In this document: positions 49,191 through 59,690 of the stretch, piece by piece
Position numbering within the stretch: the first letter of the stretch is position 1
How the letters are laid out: each line of letters opens with the position of its first letter
IMG/VR virus record: IMGVR_UViG_3300033802_000281
Length of the DNA stretch: 64,000 nucleotides
From: a virus
Direction: 5' to 3' (one strand)
Program-made: the position numbers and the translations under genes
Notes under the pieces: model-generated
Database searches by the model: none
Seen by the model: only the letters and a program-made list of their open reading frames with translations
What the model was told of the DNA's origin: nothing

Positions 49191-49332
49191 AGATCGATGA
49201 CTTGCTAATAAATGGAGACAATGCGAATCGCTCTTAAATGAAATTCAAGGTTATCTTGATCAATATTGCAATGATGATGAATGGTAAAAATAAATTAAAG
49301 CGATACTTTATAAAGAAAAGAGATGAATTATC

Positions 49333-49614
49333 ATGAGTAAAGTTAATATTATCAACTATAAAAGAAAATCTATAGCAAACATACAAGGAAAGCATCACGG
49401 TGTGCCGATTTTTTATTCAGTCGATCCTTGCCATGATGATATCTATATGCTTATACGTGATCTAGGTGATACAAAAAACATATACAAAAAAATATCATTA
49501 TCAAACGGACACGTTCAAACTAGCGAATATTTTAATTCAGTTGATGATTTTTTTGAAAAGTACAAGGATAAAGCAAGATTTTATGATATTGAAATAACAG
49601 CAAATGAAATTTAA
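49333..49614 (+). CDS. hypothetical protein
   Basis: ORF track. Confidence 0.55.
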   Translation: MSKVNIINYKRKSIANIQGKHHGVPIFYSVDPCHDDIYMLIRDLGDTKNIYKKISLSNGHVQTSEYFNSVDDFFEKYKDKARFYDIEITANEI

Positions 49615-49629
49615 AAGGATATGATTTAA

Positions 49630-49695
49630 GGTTTTAATTACGTAGGATTTGAATTAGAAGAAGAATACATAAATATTACAAATAAAAGATTATAG
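49630..49695 (+). pseudogene. orphan C-terminal methyltransferase fragment
   Basis: GFNYVGFELEEEYINITNKRL* matches the end of 49995-51197. Confidence 0.75.
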
Positions 49696-49696
49696 G

Positions 49697-49972
49697 GTGA
49701 ATAATATGATTCATGTATTTGAAGTTCAATACAATGTAAGTGATCCAAGTTACTTCCAATCAAGAATAATAACAGTAGAAGATTGGAATACATATGTAAA
49801 CAATGTGATAAATTATCGTAGGCATAATAATAATCATCACAGTACTGTGCCAAGAAATTTAACCCTTTACAGTTTCCTTGATTTAAATGGTTACTTAGAA
49901 TTTTATTGTATTACTCCCTTGAAGGGCGAACTTAGACAGTATAAATCGTGGATAGTTCAAATAAAAGATTGA
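49697..49972 (+). CDS. hypothetical protein
   Basis: ORF track. Confidence 0.55.
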   Translation: MNNMIHVFEVQYNVSDPSYFQSRIITVEDWNTYVNNVINYRRHNNNHHSTVPRNLTLYSFLDLNGYLEFYCITPLKGELRQYKSWIVQIKD

Positions 49973-49994
49973 TTTTATGATGTTGTAAAAAGGG

Positions 49995-51197
49995 GTGATA
50001 AACATAGAAATAAATAATATTTATCATGGTAATTGCATTGAATTATTAAGAGAGTTAGAAGATAATTCAATTGATTCTATTGTCACAGATCCCCCATATG
50101 AATTAGGTTTTATGGGTAAAAAATGGGATTCAACGGGAATCGCTTATAATGTTGAAATGTGGAAAGAATGCTTGCGTGTTCTTAAGCCCGGAGGACATTT
50201 ATTAAGTTTCGGTGGTTCACGGACATATCATAGAATGGCTTGTACTATTGAAGACGCAGGATTTGAAATTCGAGATCAAATTATGTGGATATATGGGAGC
50301 GGTTTTCCAAAATCATATGATATAAGTAAAGGAATTGATAAAAAATTTGGGGCAAAAAGAGAAGTAGTGGGAAAACGAGTACATCCCACGTTAAAAAATA
50401 AACCTAATATTAAATCAAGAGCATACCATGTTGAAACTCTAAACAGTAATGAAAATATGGAATCGTGGGATATTACTGCTCCAGCTACAAATGAAGCAAA
50501 ACAATGGTCTGGATGGGGGACAGCACTAAAACCTGCTCATGAACCTATTGTTGTGGCACGAAAACCGTTGAGCGAAAAAAATGTTGTAGATAATGTGCTT
50601 AAATGGGGTACTGGTGGAATTAATATTGATGCGTGTAGGATTGAAACAAATGAGGATTTAACAAGAAATTGCATGGGATTAGCAAGTTCCAGTAACGAAG
50701 GATGGAAAAGACCGTGGCATGAAAAAGCTATAAAACAAGTGTTTGAATCAACTAACGGAAGATTTCCTGCAAATATCATTTTTGATGAAGAAGCAAAAAG
50801 ATTATTAGATGAGCAAAGTGGAATTACAAGAAGTACAAAGGTAAAAAATAAAAAAAAGTCATATGATGGAGAATCTTTTACAGGAATGTTGAGAGGTATT
50901 TCAACACCTGACATTCAATACAATGATGTTGGAGGAGCAAGTCGGTTTTTCTACTGCGCTAAAGCATCGAGAAAAGAACGTGGAGAAGGGAATAATCATC
51001 CAACAGTAAAACCAATTGCTCTTATGAAATATTTAATTAAACTTGTAATGCCACCCAATGGAATAGTTCTCGATCCGTTTGCTGGTAGTGGTACAACTTT
51101 AGTTGCTGCTAAAAAATTAGGATTTAACTACATAGGATTTGAAATAGAAGAACAATACATAGAAATAATAAATAAAAGATTATCGACAATACCATAA
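49995..51197 (+). CDS. N6/N4 DNA methyltransferase (long phage type)
   Basis: TDPPY, HPTVKP, LDPFAGSGTT. Confidence 0.95.
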   Translation: MINIEINNIYHGNCIELLRELEDNSIDSIVTDPPYELGFMGKKWDSTGIAYNVEMWKECLRVLKPGGHLLSFGGSRTYHRMACTIEDAGFEIRDQIMWIYGSGFPKSYDISKGIDKKFGAKREVVGKRVHPTLKNKPNIKSRAYHVETLNSNENMESWDITAPATNEAKQWSGWGTALKPAHEPIVVARKPLSEKNVVDNVLKWGTGGINIDACRIETNEDLTRNCMGLASSSNEGWKRPWHEKAIKQVFESTNGRFPANIIFDEEAKRLLDEQSGITRSTKVKNKKKSYDGESFTGMLRGISTPDIQYNDVGGASRFFYCAKASRKERGEGNNHPTVKPIALMKYLIKLVMPPNGIVLDPFAGSGTTLVAAKKLGFNYIGFEIEEQYIEIINKRLSTIP

Positions 51198-51224
51198 AAT
51201 ATATGTTTGATTGGGTGGAATAAG

Positions 51225-51911
51225 ATGTCTGAGACAAATTACTTATTGAATATGCCCACTGATATTGTCAATCAATATGGATTGGCAAAGACATTATTAA
51301 CAAGACGCGAAACAATTTACTTAAAGCACATACTAAAGAACTTGTTTATTTATGGATCAGAAGAAGAGCTAAATAAAAAGATAAATGATTTACAATTCAA
51401 ATCCTTGTTTGATTATATGTCCTTTATCACAAATAAATTAAGAAGCATCTATAAGTTGCCAAGAAGTTATAAAACAGAAAATGCTGATGCTTTGGTGAAA
51501 GAAAAAAGAGATGATTTAATTGGGATGCTTAAAATTTACAAACAACTGAATCCAATTATTATCTTAGATTTTGATCAAACAATTACAAATGCAAACTTCC
51601 ATAAGTTTTATCAGTATTTGTCTAAAGATGAATATAAAATAATAATTAATAGTGCCAACCCACAAGAAGATGTCATAAGAAATTATTTGGTTAAATATAA
51701 ATTGAACCTTCCGAATATTATTTATTCGAACAAAGGCAAGCAAAAGAAGATAGTAAAATTAAAGGATATTGTATTAAAGAATAGATACAAAACAATTTTC
51801 TATATTGATGATGAGGAAGAATATTTAGATTATGGGTGTTTGTTAGGCATGTATTGTTATCGTTTTGATAAGCAAGGTAAACTACATAACTATACTATTT
51901 TTAAAAAATAA
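51225..51911 (+). CDS. HAD-superfamily domain protein
   Basis: IILDFDQTIT motif I; YIDD motif IV. Confidence 0.7.
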   Translation: MSETNYLLNMPTDIVNQYGLAKTLLTRRETIYLKHILKNLFIYGSEEELNKKINDLQFKSLFDYMSFITNKLRSIYKLPRSYKTENADALVKEKRDDLIGMLKIYKQLNPIIILDFDQTITNANFHKFYQYLSKDEYKIIINSANPQEDVIRNYLVKYKLNLPNIIYSNKGKQKKIVKLKDIVLKNRYKTIFYIDDEEEYLDYGCLLGMYCYRFDKQGKLHNYTIFKK

Positions 51912-51936
51912 AAAGCAATTTTGTAAGGAGGAAAAT

Positions 51937-52107
51937 ATGAGAGAGTTTATTTACCAAAGCCTAGCATCATTAGCCACTGGTTTAATCACAGGTTTCATCT
52001 TTGCTTCTGTCCGACTTCCTATTCCTGCACCTCCAGTAGTTCCAGCAGTTTTTGGGATTCTTGGAATTACTCTTGGGTACATAATTTTCAAGAAATTTTT
52101 TGGGTGA
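51937..52107 (+). CDS. XapX (DUF1427) domain small membrane protein
   Basis: GLITGFIFASVRLPIPAPPVVPAVFGILGITLGY. Confidence 0.85.
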   Translation: MREFIYQSLASLATGLITGFIFASVRLPIPAPPVVPAVFGILGITLGYIIFKKFFG

Positions 52108-52116
52108 TTAGATAAA

Positions 52117-52239
52117 ATGAGTCCATTCAAAAAACTACTTGAATCTGCGAAAACAGAAGATGAAAGAGAAGTGTTTTTAAAAATGATTCAAATGATGTTG
52201 TGCTTGAGGAAACATGAGAGTTTAAAGAAATTGAGGTGA
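52117..52239 (+). CDS. 40-aa protein, tandem paralog 1
   Basis: MSPFKKLLESAKTEDEREVFLKMIQMMLCLRKHE. Confidence 0.55.
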   Translation: MSPFKKLLESAKTEDEREVFLKMIQMMLCLRKHESLKKLR

Positions 52240-52389
52240 GTAAATGGATCACATCAAACATCTTTTATGGTTGATTAAACAAATGATTGTTCTTCTGTTC
52301 AAAGGAGATCTTAAAGGAAGCATAGAAGCGTGGTACTGGTTTAGATTTCATTTCACGTATAAATCAAAGAAGATTGGACAAGAGATAAA

Positions 52390-52521
52390 ATGAGTCCATT
52401 TAAGAAATTACTTGGATTAGCAAAATCTAAAGAAGAAAAAGAAGGATTCTTAAAAATGATTTCGATGATGCTTTGTCTAAAAAAACATGAAAGGATCAGG
52501 GATCAATGGAGGAACAGGTAA
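52390..52521 (+). CDS. 43-aa protein, tandem paralog 2
   Basis: MSPFKKLLGLAKSKEEKEGFLKMISMMLCLKKHE. Confidence 0.55.
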   Translation: MSPFKKLLGLAKSKEEKEGFLKMISMMLCLKKHERIRDQWRNR

Positions 52522-52745
52522 AACAGATTGAGCGTGATTTAGTTCTTCTTGGATTAATTGCTGAATATATTGGTGTATTTAAAAAAACATTAAAAGATTA
52601 TATTTTAGATTATGATGGCAACAAAGTATCTCAATTAGGAGACAAATATATTAAAAGCGATAATCAGCTTAATGATATTTTTAAACAAATGGCACGTGAA
52701 GCATACGATAGATTACGCAGCAGGTTTTATGAGGGAAGTGAGTAA
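52506..52745 (+). CDS. hypothetical protein
   Basis: ORF track. Confidence 0.55.
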   Translation: MEEQVKQIERDLVLLGLIAEYIGVFKKTLKDYILDYDGNKVSQLGDKYIKSDNQLNDIFKQMAREAYDRLRSRFYEGSE

Positions 52746-52918
52746 ATGGCTGTAAATCATTACTTAATGACCAATGAAGAATTGATTAATCGTTTTAGGA
52801 CTGTAATTGAAAATAATGTTGAAGTTGAAGATAGATATAATGAATATAGTCTAAATTTCAATGCACTTAAGTGTCGAGAATATTGGGATATACATAGAGA
52901 GATATTGAGGCGAATGGA

Positions 52919-53287
52919 GTGATGGCAAAGGTTATTGTAGCAGGAACAAGAACGTTCAATGATTATGATTTTCTTAAAGTAACATTAGATAATTTATTAG
53001 CAGGATTACAAAACATAGAAATTGTATCAGGCGGAGCAAGAGGTGCAGATTCTTTAGGAGAACTTTATGCAATGGAAAAAGGATATAAAATCACACGATT
53101 TCCCGCTGATTGGAATAGATATGGGAAGAGTGCTGGATACATACGAAATGAAGAGATGGCAAAGTATGCTGATAAATGTGTTGTCTTTTGGGATGGAGAG
53201 AGTAGAGGGAGTTTGCATATGATTAATTTGGCTCAAAAATATAATCTTGATTTATATGTAATAAGATATAAGGAGATGAAGAAATGA
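52919..53287 (+). CDS. SLOG family protein (DUF2493/YspA-like)
   Basis: VIVAGTRTFNDY...IVSGGARGADSLGE...FWDGESRGS. Confidence 0.85.
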   Translation: MMAKVIVAGTRTFNDYDFLKVTLDNLLAGLQNIEIVSGGARGADSLGELYAMEKGYKITRFPADWNRYGKSAGYIRNEEMAKYADKCVVFWDGESRGSLHMINLAQKYNLDLYVIRYKEMKK

Positions 53288-53326
53288 ACAACGAAGTGCT
53301 AATTTCAGAAAAGGTATGGTGAATAT

Positions 53327-53509
53327 ATGAAACTAAAAGTTATGAGACGATGTTCATGTGGTTGTGGAGAAAGAGTGTTTTTCAGTTTCATTAGTAAACT
53401 ATTTCAAATCAGATGGTTTATGGATGATGGCTTTTGGTTCATCTATGTTCACATTGGAAAGCGATATTGGAGATTCAGTAACGCAGGATATTTAAGTGGA
53501 AAGAGTTAA
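53327..53509 (+). CDS. hypothetical protein
   Basis: SD AAGGT. Confidence 0.5.
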   Translation: MKLKVMRRCSCGCGERVFFSFISKLFQIRWFMDDGFWFIYVHIGKRYWRFSNAGYLSGKS

Positions 53510-53549
53510 TAAAACGATTATTTCATGGTACAAGGGGGATATAAAAAAT

Positions 53550-53894
53550 ATGAGCTACGTTCAAGTTGGATCATGCCCTCAGTGTGGAGCGCCAATCTAT
53601 CAACCGTCTACATGGATGGGAATTCTCCCTCCACCTAGTACACATTCATGCAATTGTCAACCAAGACAACAATCATATACGAACAATAAAATTTATGTAT
53701 ATGATGATATTCCAGAACCTTCAAAAGTGAAAACTTTTAATACCAAAAACCCAAAAATTGAAATTATTAAAGCACTAAAGAAATATAAAAAAGATACAAC
53801 CACAAAGGCAGAGGAAGCTGCATTCGAAGCTGTTATTGAGTGGTTTATCAATTGCACACCTGATTATCAAGGTGATGAAAATAAAAATACTTGA
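53550..53894 (+). CDS. hypothetical protein with N-terminal CxxC
   Basis: SD AAGGGGG. Confidence 0.6.
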   Translation: MSYVQVGSCPQCGAPIYQPSTWMGILPPPSTHSCNCQPRQQSYTNNKIYVYDDIPEPSKVKTFNTKNPKIEIIKALKKYKKDTTTKAEEAAFEAVIEWFINCTPDYQGDENKNT

Positions 53895-54129
53895 ATGCTC
53901 AATGAAATGCTAATTGGCTAAATATTATTTCTGGGTTCGTCTAGACAAACTTTCAGAATATGTAGAAGTGCCAGATGAATTATTAGAATGCTTAGATGAA
54001 AAGCAAAAGGAAAAAGTTCTGTTCCAAGAACATAATAAGTGGTGCAGAAAGCAGTATTGCGGTGATTGGGAATTAGTAAAATCACGATAAAATACGGGTT
54101 TCATGGTAATAAGAAAGGAGATAAAGTGT

Positions 54130-54912
54130 TTGGGAAAAGAATTGTTGGGAAGCCTAGAGTTAAATAGGATTTATCAAATGGACTGTTTGGAAGGTATGAA
54201 ACTGATTCCCAATAAATCAATTGATATGATTTTATGTGATTTACCTTATGGTACAACTGCTTGTAAATGGGATACCATTGTTTCATTAGATAAGCTCTGG
54301 GAACAATACGAAAGGATAATTAAAGATAATGGTGCAATAGTTCTTACTGCTCAAACACCTTTTGATAAAGTCTTAGGAGCAAGTAATTTAAAATTATTGC
54401 GCTATGAGTGGTTATGGATTAAAGAACAAGGAACAGGAAATCTAAATGCTAATAAAATGCCATTAAAGCAACACGAAAATATTCTCGTATTTTATAAACA
54501 ACTGCCAACTTACAATCCACAAATGACTGAAGGAAAGCCATATAAAATTAAACGTAATAAAAATAACAATGAAATTTTTGGGAAAACTGGAACGAGAGAT
54601 GGTTATATAACTGAAAACGAAGGAATGAGATATCCCACAAGTACGCTTTATTTTAGAAGGGAATTGAAACCGAGATATCATCCGACACAAAAACCAGTAG
54701 CATTGTTTGAATACTTGATTAAAACATATACAAATCAATGCGAAATAGTTTTAGATAATTGTATGGGTTCAGGCACTACAGCGGTAGCAGCATTAAAGTG
54801 TAATCGTAAATTCATAGGATTTGAAACTGAACCCAAATACATAGAAATTGCAAATAAAAGAATTGAAAGCATGTATAATGAATTAGAAGATCAGAAATTA
54901 AATATCCTATAA
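54130..54912 (+). CDS. N6/N4 DNA methyltransferase (beta class), paralog 2
   Basis: CDLPYG, HPTQKP, LDNCMGSGTT; TTG start with SD AAGGAG. Confidence 0.95.
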   Translation: MGKELLGSLELNRIYQMDCLEGMKLIPNKSIDMILCDLPYGTTACKWDTIVSLDKLWEQYERIIKDNGAIVLTAQTPFDKVLGASNLKLLRYEWLWIKEQGTGNLNANKMPLKQHENILVFYKQLPTYNPQMTEGKPYKIKRNKNNNEIFGKTGTRDGYITENEGMRYPTSTLYFRRELKPRYHPTQKPVALFEYLIKTYTNQCEIVLDNCMGSGTTAVAALKCNRKFIGFETEPKYIEIANKRIESMYNELEDQKLNIL

Positions 54913-55292
54913 AAGACGGATTTTATCAGGAAAGGAGATAGAGAGTGGACGACTGGGAGTATACATACGATGACCTTCTAAAGAGTGGACACAAAAAATT
55001 CAAACTGACTAAGAAGTAGCATAACGATCTGTTTCCCAAACGCAAACGACATTGGGCGGCAAGGTATGAATATTACTACAACGAACATTATGTTTTGATT
55101 CATCAGTTTACAAATTGGATGGGAATTACGATTTCCACAATTCTATTTCCGGTTTATGTTTTCATGTATGGTATCAAAGAGAATTCAAAAGGCTTTATCG
55201 AGAAAAGGAAACCGGAAGTTTTGTATCCGATCACGTATCAAGCGGAACAATGAAGTATAAAGAAATTATGAAGATAATCAGGGGAGATCAAT

Positions 55293-55502
55293 ATGAAACC
55301 TAATAGAGTATATGTAATTAACTACAATATTCAATTAGAAAAAGTGCAGGAGAACAGAACGCTGTACTACAGTTTTGATGAGCGGCAACAATTTATTCAG
55401 GAATATGCTCGATTAAGTCAACAATGGTACATAAGCGAACTGAAGGCTTATTACGCCGAATTACAAGAAGTAAATGTTCAACAAATGATTGAAGCGATTT
55501 GA
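55293..55502 (+). CDS. hypothetical protein
   Basis: SD GGGGAG. Confidence 0.6.
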   Translation: MKPNRVYVINYNIQLEKVQENRTLYYSFDERQQFIQEYARLSQQWYISELKAYYAELQEVNVQQMIEAI

Positions 55503-55518
55503 ACGAAAGAGGGTTTTT

Positions 55519-55806
55519 ATGCAAAAAACAAGAGTCGTTAATAAACATCATAAAGTTCCATATGATGTTTATATAGGTCGAGGATCAAAATGGGGAAACC
55601 CATTCTCACATATGGACGGTACAAAAGCAAAATATAAAGTTGAAACCAGAGAAGAAGCAATTGAAAAATATCGTGAATGGATTATGCAGCAACCAGAATT
55701 ATTGAACAGTCTACACGAATTAAAAGGCAAGACACTATGTTGCTTCTGTAAACCGAAACCGTGCCACGGAGATATACTTGCGGAATTAGCGGATAATTTA
55801 CCATAA
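55519..55806 (+). CDS. DUF4326 domain protein
   Basis: VYIGRGSKWGNPF...ELKGKTLCCFCKPKPCHGDIL. Confidence 0.85.
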   Translation: MQKTRVVNKHHKVPYDVYIGRGSKWGNPFSHMDGTKAKYKVETREEAIEKYREWIMQQPELLNSLHELKGKTLCCFCKPKPCHGDILAELADNLP

Positions 55807-55833
55807 AAGATTGCTTTTATGAGGTGTTAACTT

Positions 55834-56031
55834 GTGAATTACATTGAAGAAAGATATATTATAAATTTTTTAGAAGAATCAAAAAAATGTACTTTAGGAA
55901 TGCTTACCAAAAATGAAACTATAGAACGGGTCAATATTTTAGGCAATAGAAAAGATGTGCAAAATATTAAAATTTATAGAATTTTACCTTCAGGTAAAAA
56001 AGAAGATGCAACCGAAGAATTTTTGAAATAA
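55834..56031 (+). CDS. hypothetical protein
   Basis: SD GAGGTG. Confidence 0.6.
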   Translation: MNYIEERYIINFLEESKKCTLGMLTKNETIERVNILGNRKDVQNIKIYRILPSGKKEDATEEFLK

Positions 56032-56611
56032 ATCTTTTAATTTATAGATATGAGACAATGGAATGTCCGTACTGTAATGAAAAATTAATTTACAGAGTTT
56101 ATTGTGGCAAGTTAAAAAGATCGGAACATTATTGGATTTATCCCTCGTCATGGATTGAAAGAGAGAGATTTTTCGATGTGAAAATGAATATTGTGATATG
56201 TATGGAGAATGGTTTTATACTGATAAGTTTGGTGATTTAAATGAAGAAACCAAAATGAGTACGATTTAAGACACAGCAAGAGATACAACAACGAAATCGA
56301 CTAATAAGAAGCTTAGTGTTTAAACTATTTGAAAACAGCAATTTGGGAAATGATGCAATATGGCTGGAGGATATATAAATAACGATGAAGATTTAGAAAA
56401 GGTTTACACATATCATTCATATGCAGAAAATCGAATTTTAAGAATAAGGCTTCAAAAACAAAATAAAAAAAATGGATATGTAAAAATTGCAATAATATTA
56501 TCCCTGTAGGGTCTGGTTTGGTTTATTATTCGGGTTTGTCATGGGACAAGTTTTATACTTATCACTTATGTATGGAGTGTTATGATGAAATGAAAGTGAG
56601 TGGTTATATAA

Positions 56612-56833
56612 ATGTCTGACTTTAATCAAAACAAATATTGTTCTAAAGATTGTCAGGATTTAAATTCACCAATCGGTATTTGTGATCATTGTAAATTTTA
56701 TGACTTTAATGGCGATGAAGATGGCGCTTATACAGGCGATGGGTATTGTAGATTACATGATATGCCATCTGATCCGCATGATGGATGCGAAGACTTTGTA
56801 TGTTTTAGGGTAGATGGAGGAGTATCCAATTAA
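56612..56833 (+). CDS. small Cys-rich protein
   Basis: CSKDC, CDHC, further Cys; ORF track. Confidence 0.55.
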   Translation: MSDFNQNKYCSKDCQDLNSPIGICDHCKFYDFNGDEDGAYTGDGYCRLHDMPSDPHDGCEDFVCFRVDGGVSN

Positions 56834-57041
56834 ATTATTCTTTCATAGAGGTTAATTTAAATGAATGGCAAAGAAGCTTTTAAAAGAATGAAGAAATTGA
56901 AGATACGCTTTGGCATTTGGAAAAACTAATTAAAAGTACGAGTAAGTATCAATTTGAGAATAAAATTATGATTACTTTATATGAAAAGTTAGAGAAAGAA
57001 AAAAATCAAATTGAGGGAGCATTGCTTCAAATTCAGATCCA

Positions 57042-57299
57042 ATGAAATCTGTATTTAAAGGGGGACAAAAATTGACCTACAAACAAAAATGTCTTGATGA
57101 ATTTAAACAATATTTAGATAAACACTTGAATTTAGATAAGGCATTTAAAGATTTTGCACTAGAAATATTTTCAATAGCATTTGATTACGGTTCTTTAAAT
57201 GGTGCAAGCGAAGAAATTCAAAATTATGCTATACAAAATATTAATCCAAAAAGAAAAGATATTAAAGAACTAATTCAGCAAATTAGAATAAAACCATGA
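57042..57299 (+). CDS. hypothetical protein
   Basis: start probably TTG 57072 after SD AAGGGGG. Confidence 0.55.
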   Translation: MKSVFKGGQKLTYKQKCLDEFKQYLDKHLNLDKAFKDFALEIFSIAFDYGSLNGASEEIQNYAIQNINPKRKDIKELIQQIRIKP

Positions 57300-57507
57300 A
57301 TTTATCGGGAGAGGAGACATTAGAGATGAAACCAGATTATAAGTTAGGACAGCAAATAACAGATATTTACGGAAACACAGGAAAAATTGTCGAAGTCTTT
57401 TACGACTATGTAAGATTAGATAATGGCAAGCACGTTTATAAGTTAGCAATATCGTGCAATTAATGACATTATTCCAATAAAATAAAACTTTGATTAGGAG
57501 ATTGAAA

Positions 57508-57714
57508 ATGAAAAATCATATTAAAAAACATTGGTTCTGGTATCTGATACTTTTATTCTTTATAATTGGATTCCCACTTGGGGCAAGTGGTGTTGAAGTT
57601 AACTTTAATGGTGCTCTTGGGTGGGCTGTGTTTTTACTGTATGGATTTATTGTGCTTTGTCTTTTCTATGTCTTGATCTTTGGAGGAATATCAAGTTTCG
57701 TTCCGTTCTGGTAA
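57508..57714 (+). CDS. small membrane protein
   Basis: two hydrophobic segments; SD AGGAG. Confidence 0.6.
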   Translation: MKNHIKKHWFWYLILLFFIIGFPLGASGVEVNFNGALGWAVFLLYGFIVLCLFYVLIFGGISSFVPFW

Positions 57715-57825
57715 AAAGCGAATAATGAGCGAAGAACAGAAGCAAAAAGCAACAGAGCGTATGAAAAATCTTCATAAGAATAAAAGACAATAAGTTGATA
57801 GTTTTATTGGAAAGAGGAAGAATAA

Positions 57826-58335
57826 ATGAATATAAAAACATTGTATCTTTGCGAAAACTGCAACAAAGAGTTTTCTACAAAATCAGAATGTGAGCATCAT
57901 GAAGTTTATTGTGCCAATCTCTTTCATAAATACGAAGAGAATGTTAAAACTGCAATCTCTAGAATTAAGTCTGAGTATGGTAGTTTGATTTCTCATTGTG
58001 AATACAGTGTTGAAGATGAGAGTAGATTTTGTGGGGACGGAGATTTTTACGCCATTTATCATTTTAATATTGAAATCAAATTGTCAAACGGAAATGTTGT
58101 AAATATTTATGACGGAATGGATAGTGAACTCTGGTTAGGGAATTATTTAGACGCAGATAAAATTTATGCTTCTGCAAAGCGTGAGATAGAAAATAGAATG
58201 TCAACATCGTATGAAGGAGTTATTGATTGGCAATATGTCGATGGATGGAGAGAAAATTATTTAGGAGACATCAAATTGGATGACATCGTTGATCGCCTTC
58301 GTGGAAAAAAAGTAAAAATCGAAGTAATCGAATAA
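57826..58335 (+). CDS. hypothetical protein with N-terminal C2H2-like motif
   Basis: CENC...CEHH; SD GAGGA. Confidence 0.7.
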   Translation: MNIKTLYLCENCNKEFSTKSECEHHEVYCANLFHKYEENVKTAISRIKSEYGSLISHCEYSVEDESRFCGDGDFYAIYHFNIEIKLSNGNVVNIYDGMDSELWLGNYLDADKIYASAKREIENRMSTSYEGVIDWQYVDGWRENYLGDIKLDDIVDRLRGKKVKIEVIE

Positions 58336-58372
58336 ATGAGACTTTTATTTGTAATTTATGTGGTGATGAAAA

Positions 58373-58696
58373 ATGTATAATTTAGACGAAATTGTTAAGT
58401 TTATTGAAAAGAAAAATAATATAAAACTTTTTGAATATCAAAAGAAAATGTTGCAATACATAATTGAAGGTAAAACGTTTTTTGTCCCTAGACATTCGGG
58501 TAGATCAACAGTAGTAAAAGGTTTTGTTGATTATATTAATGAAGTTCATGGGAAACATATTACTCATGGAATGGATGAACATATTGGTATATCAGAAGTA
58601 ATAAGTGAGAATAGTGAGATTATGAATAGATACTTTTTAAATGATGAACCAGAATTTAAATTTTTATGTGAATTTGAATGTGAATGGGTTAAGTAA
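58373..58696 (+). CDS. hypothetical protein (helicase/terminase N-terminal-like fragment)
   Basis: LFEYQKKML...PRHSGRST. Confidence 0.5.
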   Translation: MYNLDEIVKFIEKKNNIKLFEYQKKMLQYIIEGKTFFVPRHSGRSTVVKGFVDYINEVHGKHITHGMDEHIGISEVISENSEIMNRYFLNDEPEFKFLCEFECEWVK

Positions 58697-58749
58697 TCAA
58701 ACAAAATTAAAAAATAATTTAAAATTGTAATTTTATTAGGAAAGAAGGT

Positions 58750-59655
58750 TTGAATATTATGGAGGTAAATAAAATATATAATACAGATTGTATAGAAGGA
58801 ATGAAATCTTTAGATCCAAATTCAATTGCTTGTTGTATAACTGATCCTCCTTATAATTATGAATTTGTCGGTAAGGATTGGAACATTGAAGAAATTAAAA
58901 GAAGAACTAAAAGAGTTAAAAATTCTAATACACTTGTTAAAAATATACCTTATGGTAGTGGATTATCAGGAGGTATTAGAAATAAAAGATGGTATGAAAA
59001 GAATAGAGAGAATATTTTAAATTACGAAAAATGGGTTGAAAAATGGGGCGATGAATTATTTCGGATATTAAAACCCGGTGGTTTTGTATTTGTTTTTAAT
59101 AGTACAAGAACTATCGCACATGTCCAAGTAGCTCTCGAAAATGTGGGATTTTATGCAAGAGATATTATAGTATGGATGAGAAATAGTGGAATACCAAAGG
59201 GATTAAATATGACTGTAAAATTAAAAAAAATGGGAGTTGAAAATCCTGAACAATGGAAAGGTTGGCATAGTGCTTTAAGGAATGAATGGGAAGCAATATG
59301 TGTCTTACAAAAACCATTAAAGAATAATTATTATGAAACTATTGTTAATTATAATATTGGTTTATTAAATGTAAAAGATGAATATGGTTTTAAATCAAAT
59401 ATTATTAAAAATATCAAACAAGAAAAGAAAGATGATTTTAACACTCATTGTACCATAAAACCAAAGGAATTAATAAAATACTTGATCAACCTTTCAGTTC
59501 CAAAGCATATTGAAAATATAGTAATTGATCCATTTATGGGTAGTGGTACTTTAGCAGTAGCCTGTAAAGAACTGGGTGTAAATTACATAGGATATGAAAT
59601 TAATAAAGAATATATAGAAATAGCGGAAAAAAGATTAAAAAATGTAATCCGATAA
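58750..59655 (+). CDS. N6/N4 DNA methyltransferase
   Basis: TDPPYN, HCTIKP, IDPFMGSGT. Confidence 0.93.
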   Translation: MNIMEVNKIYNTDCIEGMKSLDPNSIACCITDPPYNYEFVGKDWNIEEIKRRTKRVKNSNTLVKNIPYGSGLSGGIRNKRWYEKNRENILNYEKWVEKWGDELFRILKPGGFVFVFNSTRTIAHVQVALENVGFYARDIIVWMRNSGIPKGLNMTVKLKKMGVENPEQWKGWHSALRNEWEAICVLQKPLKNNYYETIVNYNIGLLNVKDEYGFKSNIIKNIKQEKKDDFNTHCTIKPKELIKYLINLSVPKHIENIVIDPFMGSGTLAVACKELGVNYIGYEINKEYIEIAEKRLKNVIR

Positions 59656-59690
59656 AATGAGAATTTTATTGAATTATGGAGGGTAGTTTA

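Larger units (their letters stand above)
47779..49287 (+). pseudogene. small gene split by IS insertion (47779-47853 + 49171-49287)
   Basis: in-frame join MSKWTNEDIAIKTQSEGLGYMIQHY|LSADDIEDR*LANKWRQCESLLNEIQGYLDQYCNDDEW; internal TGA at 49198. Confidence 0.85.
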
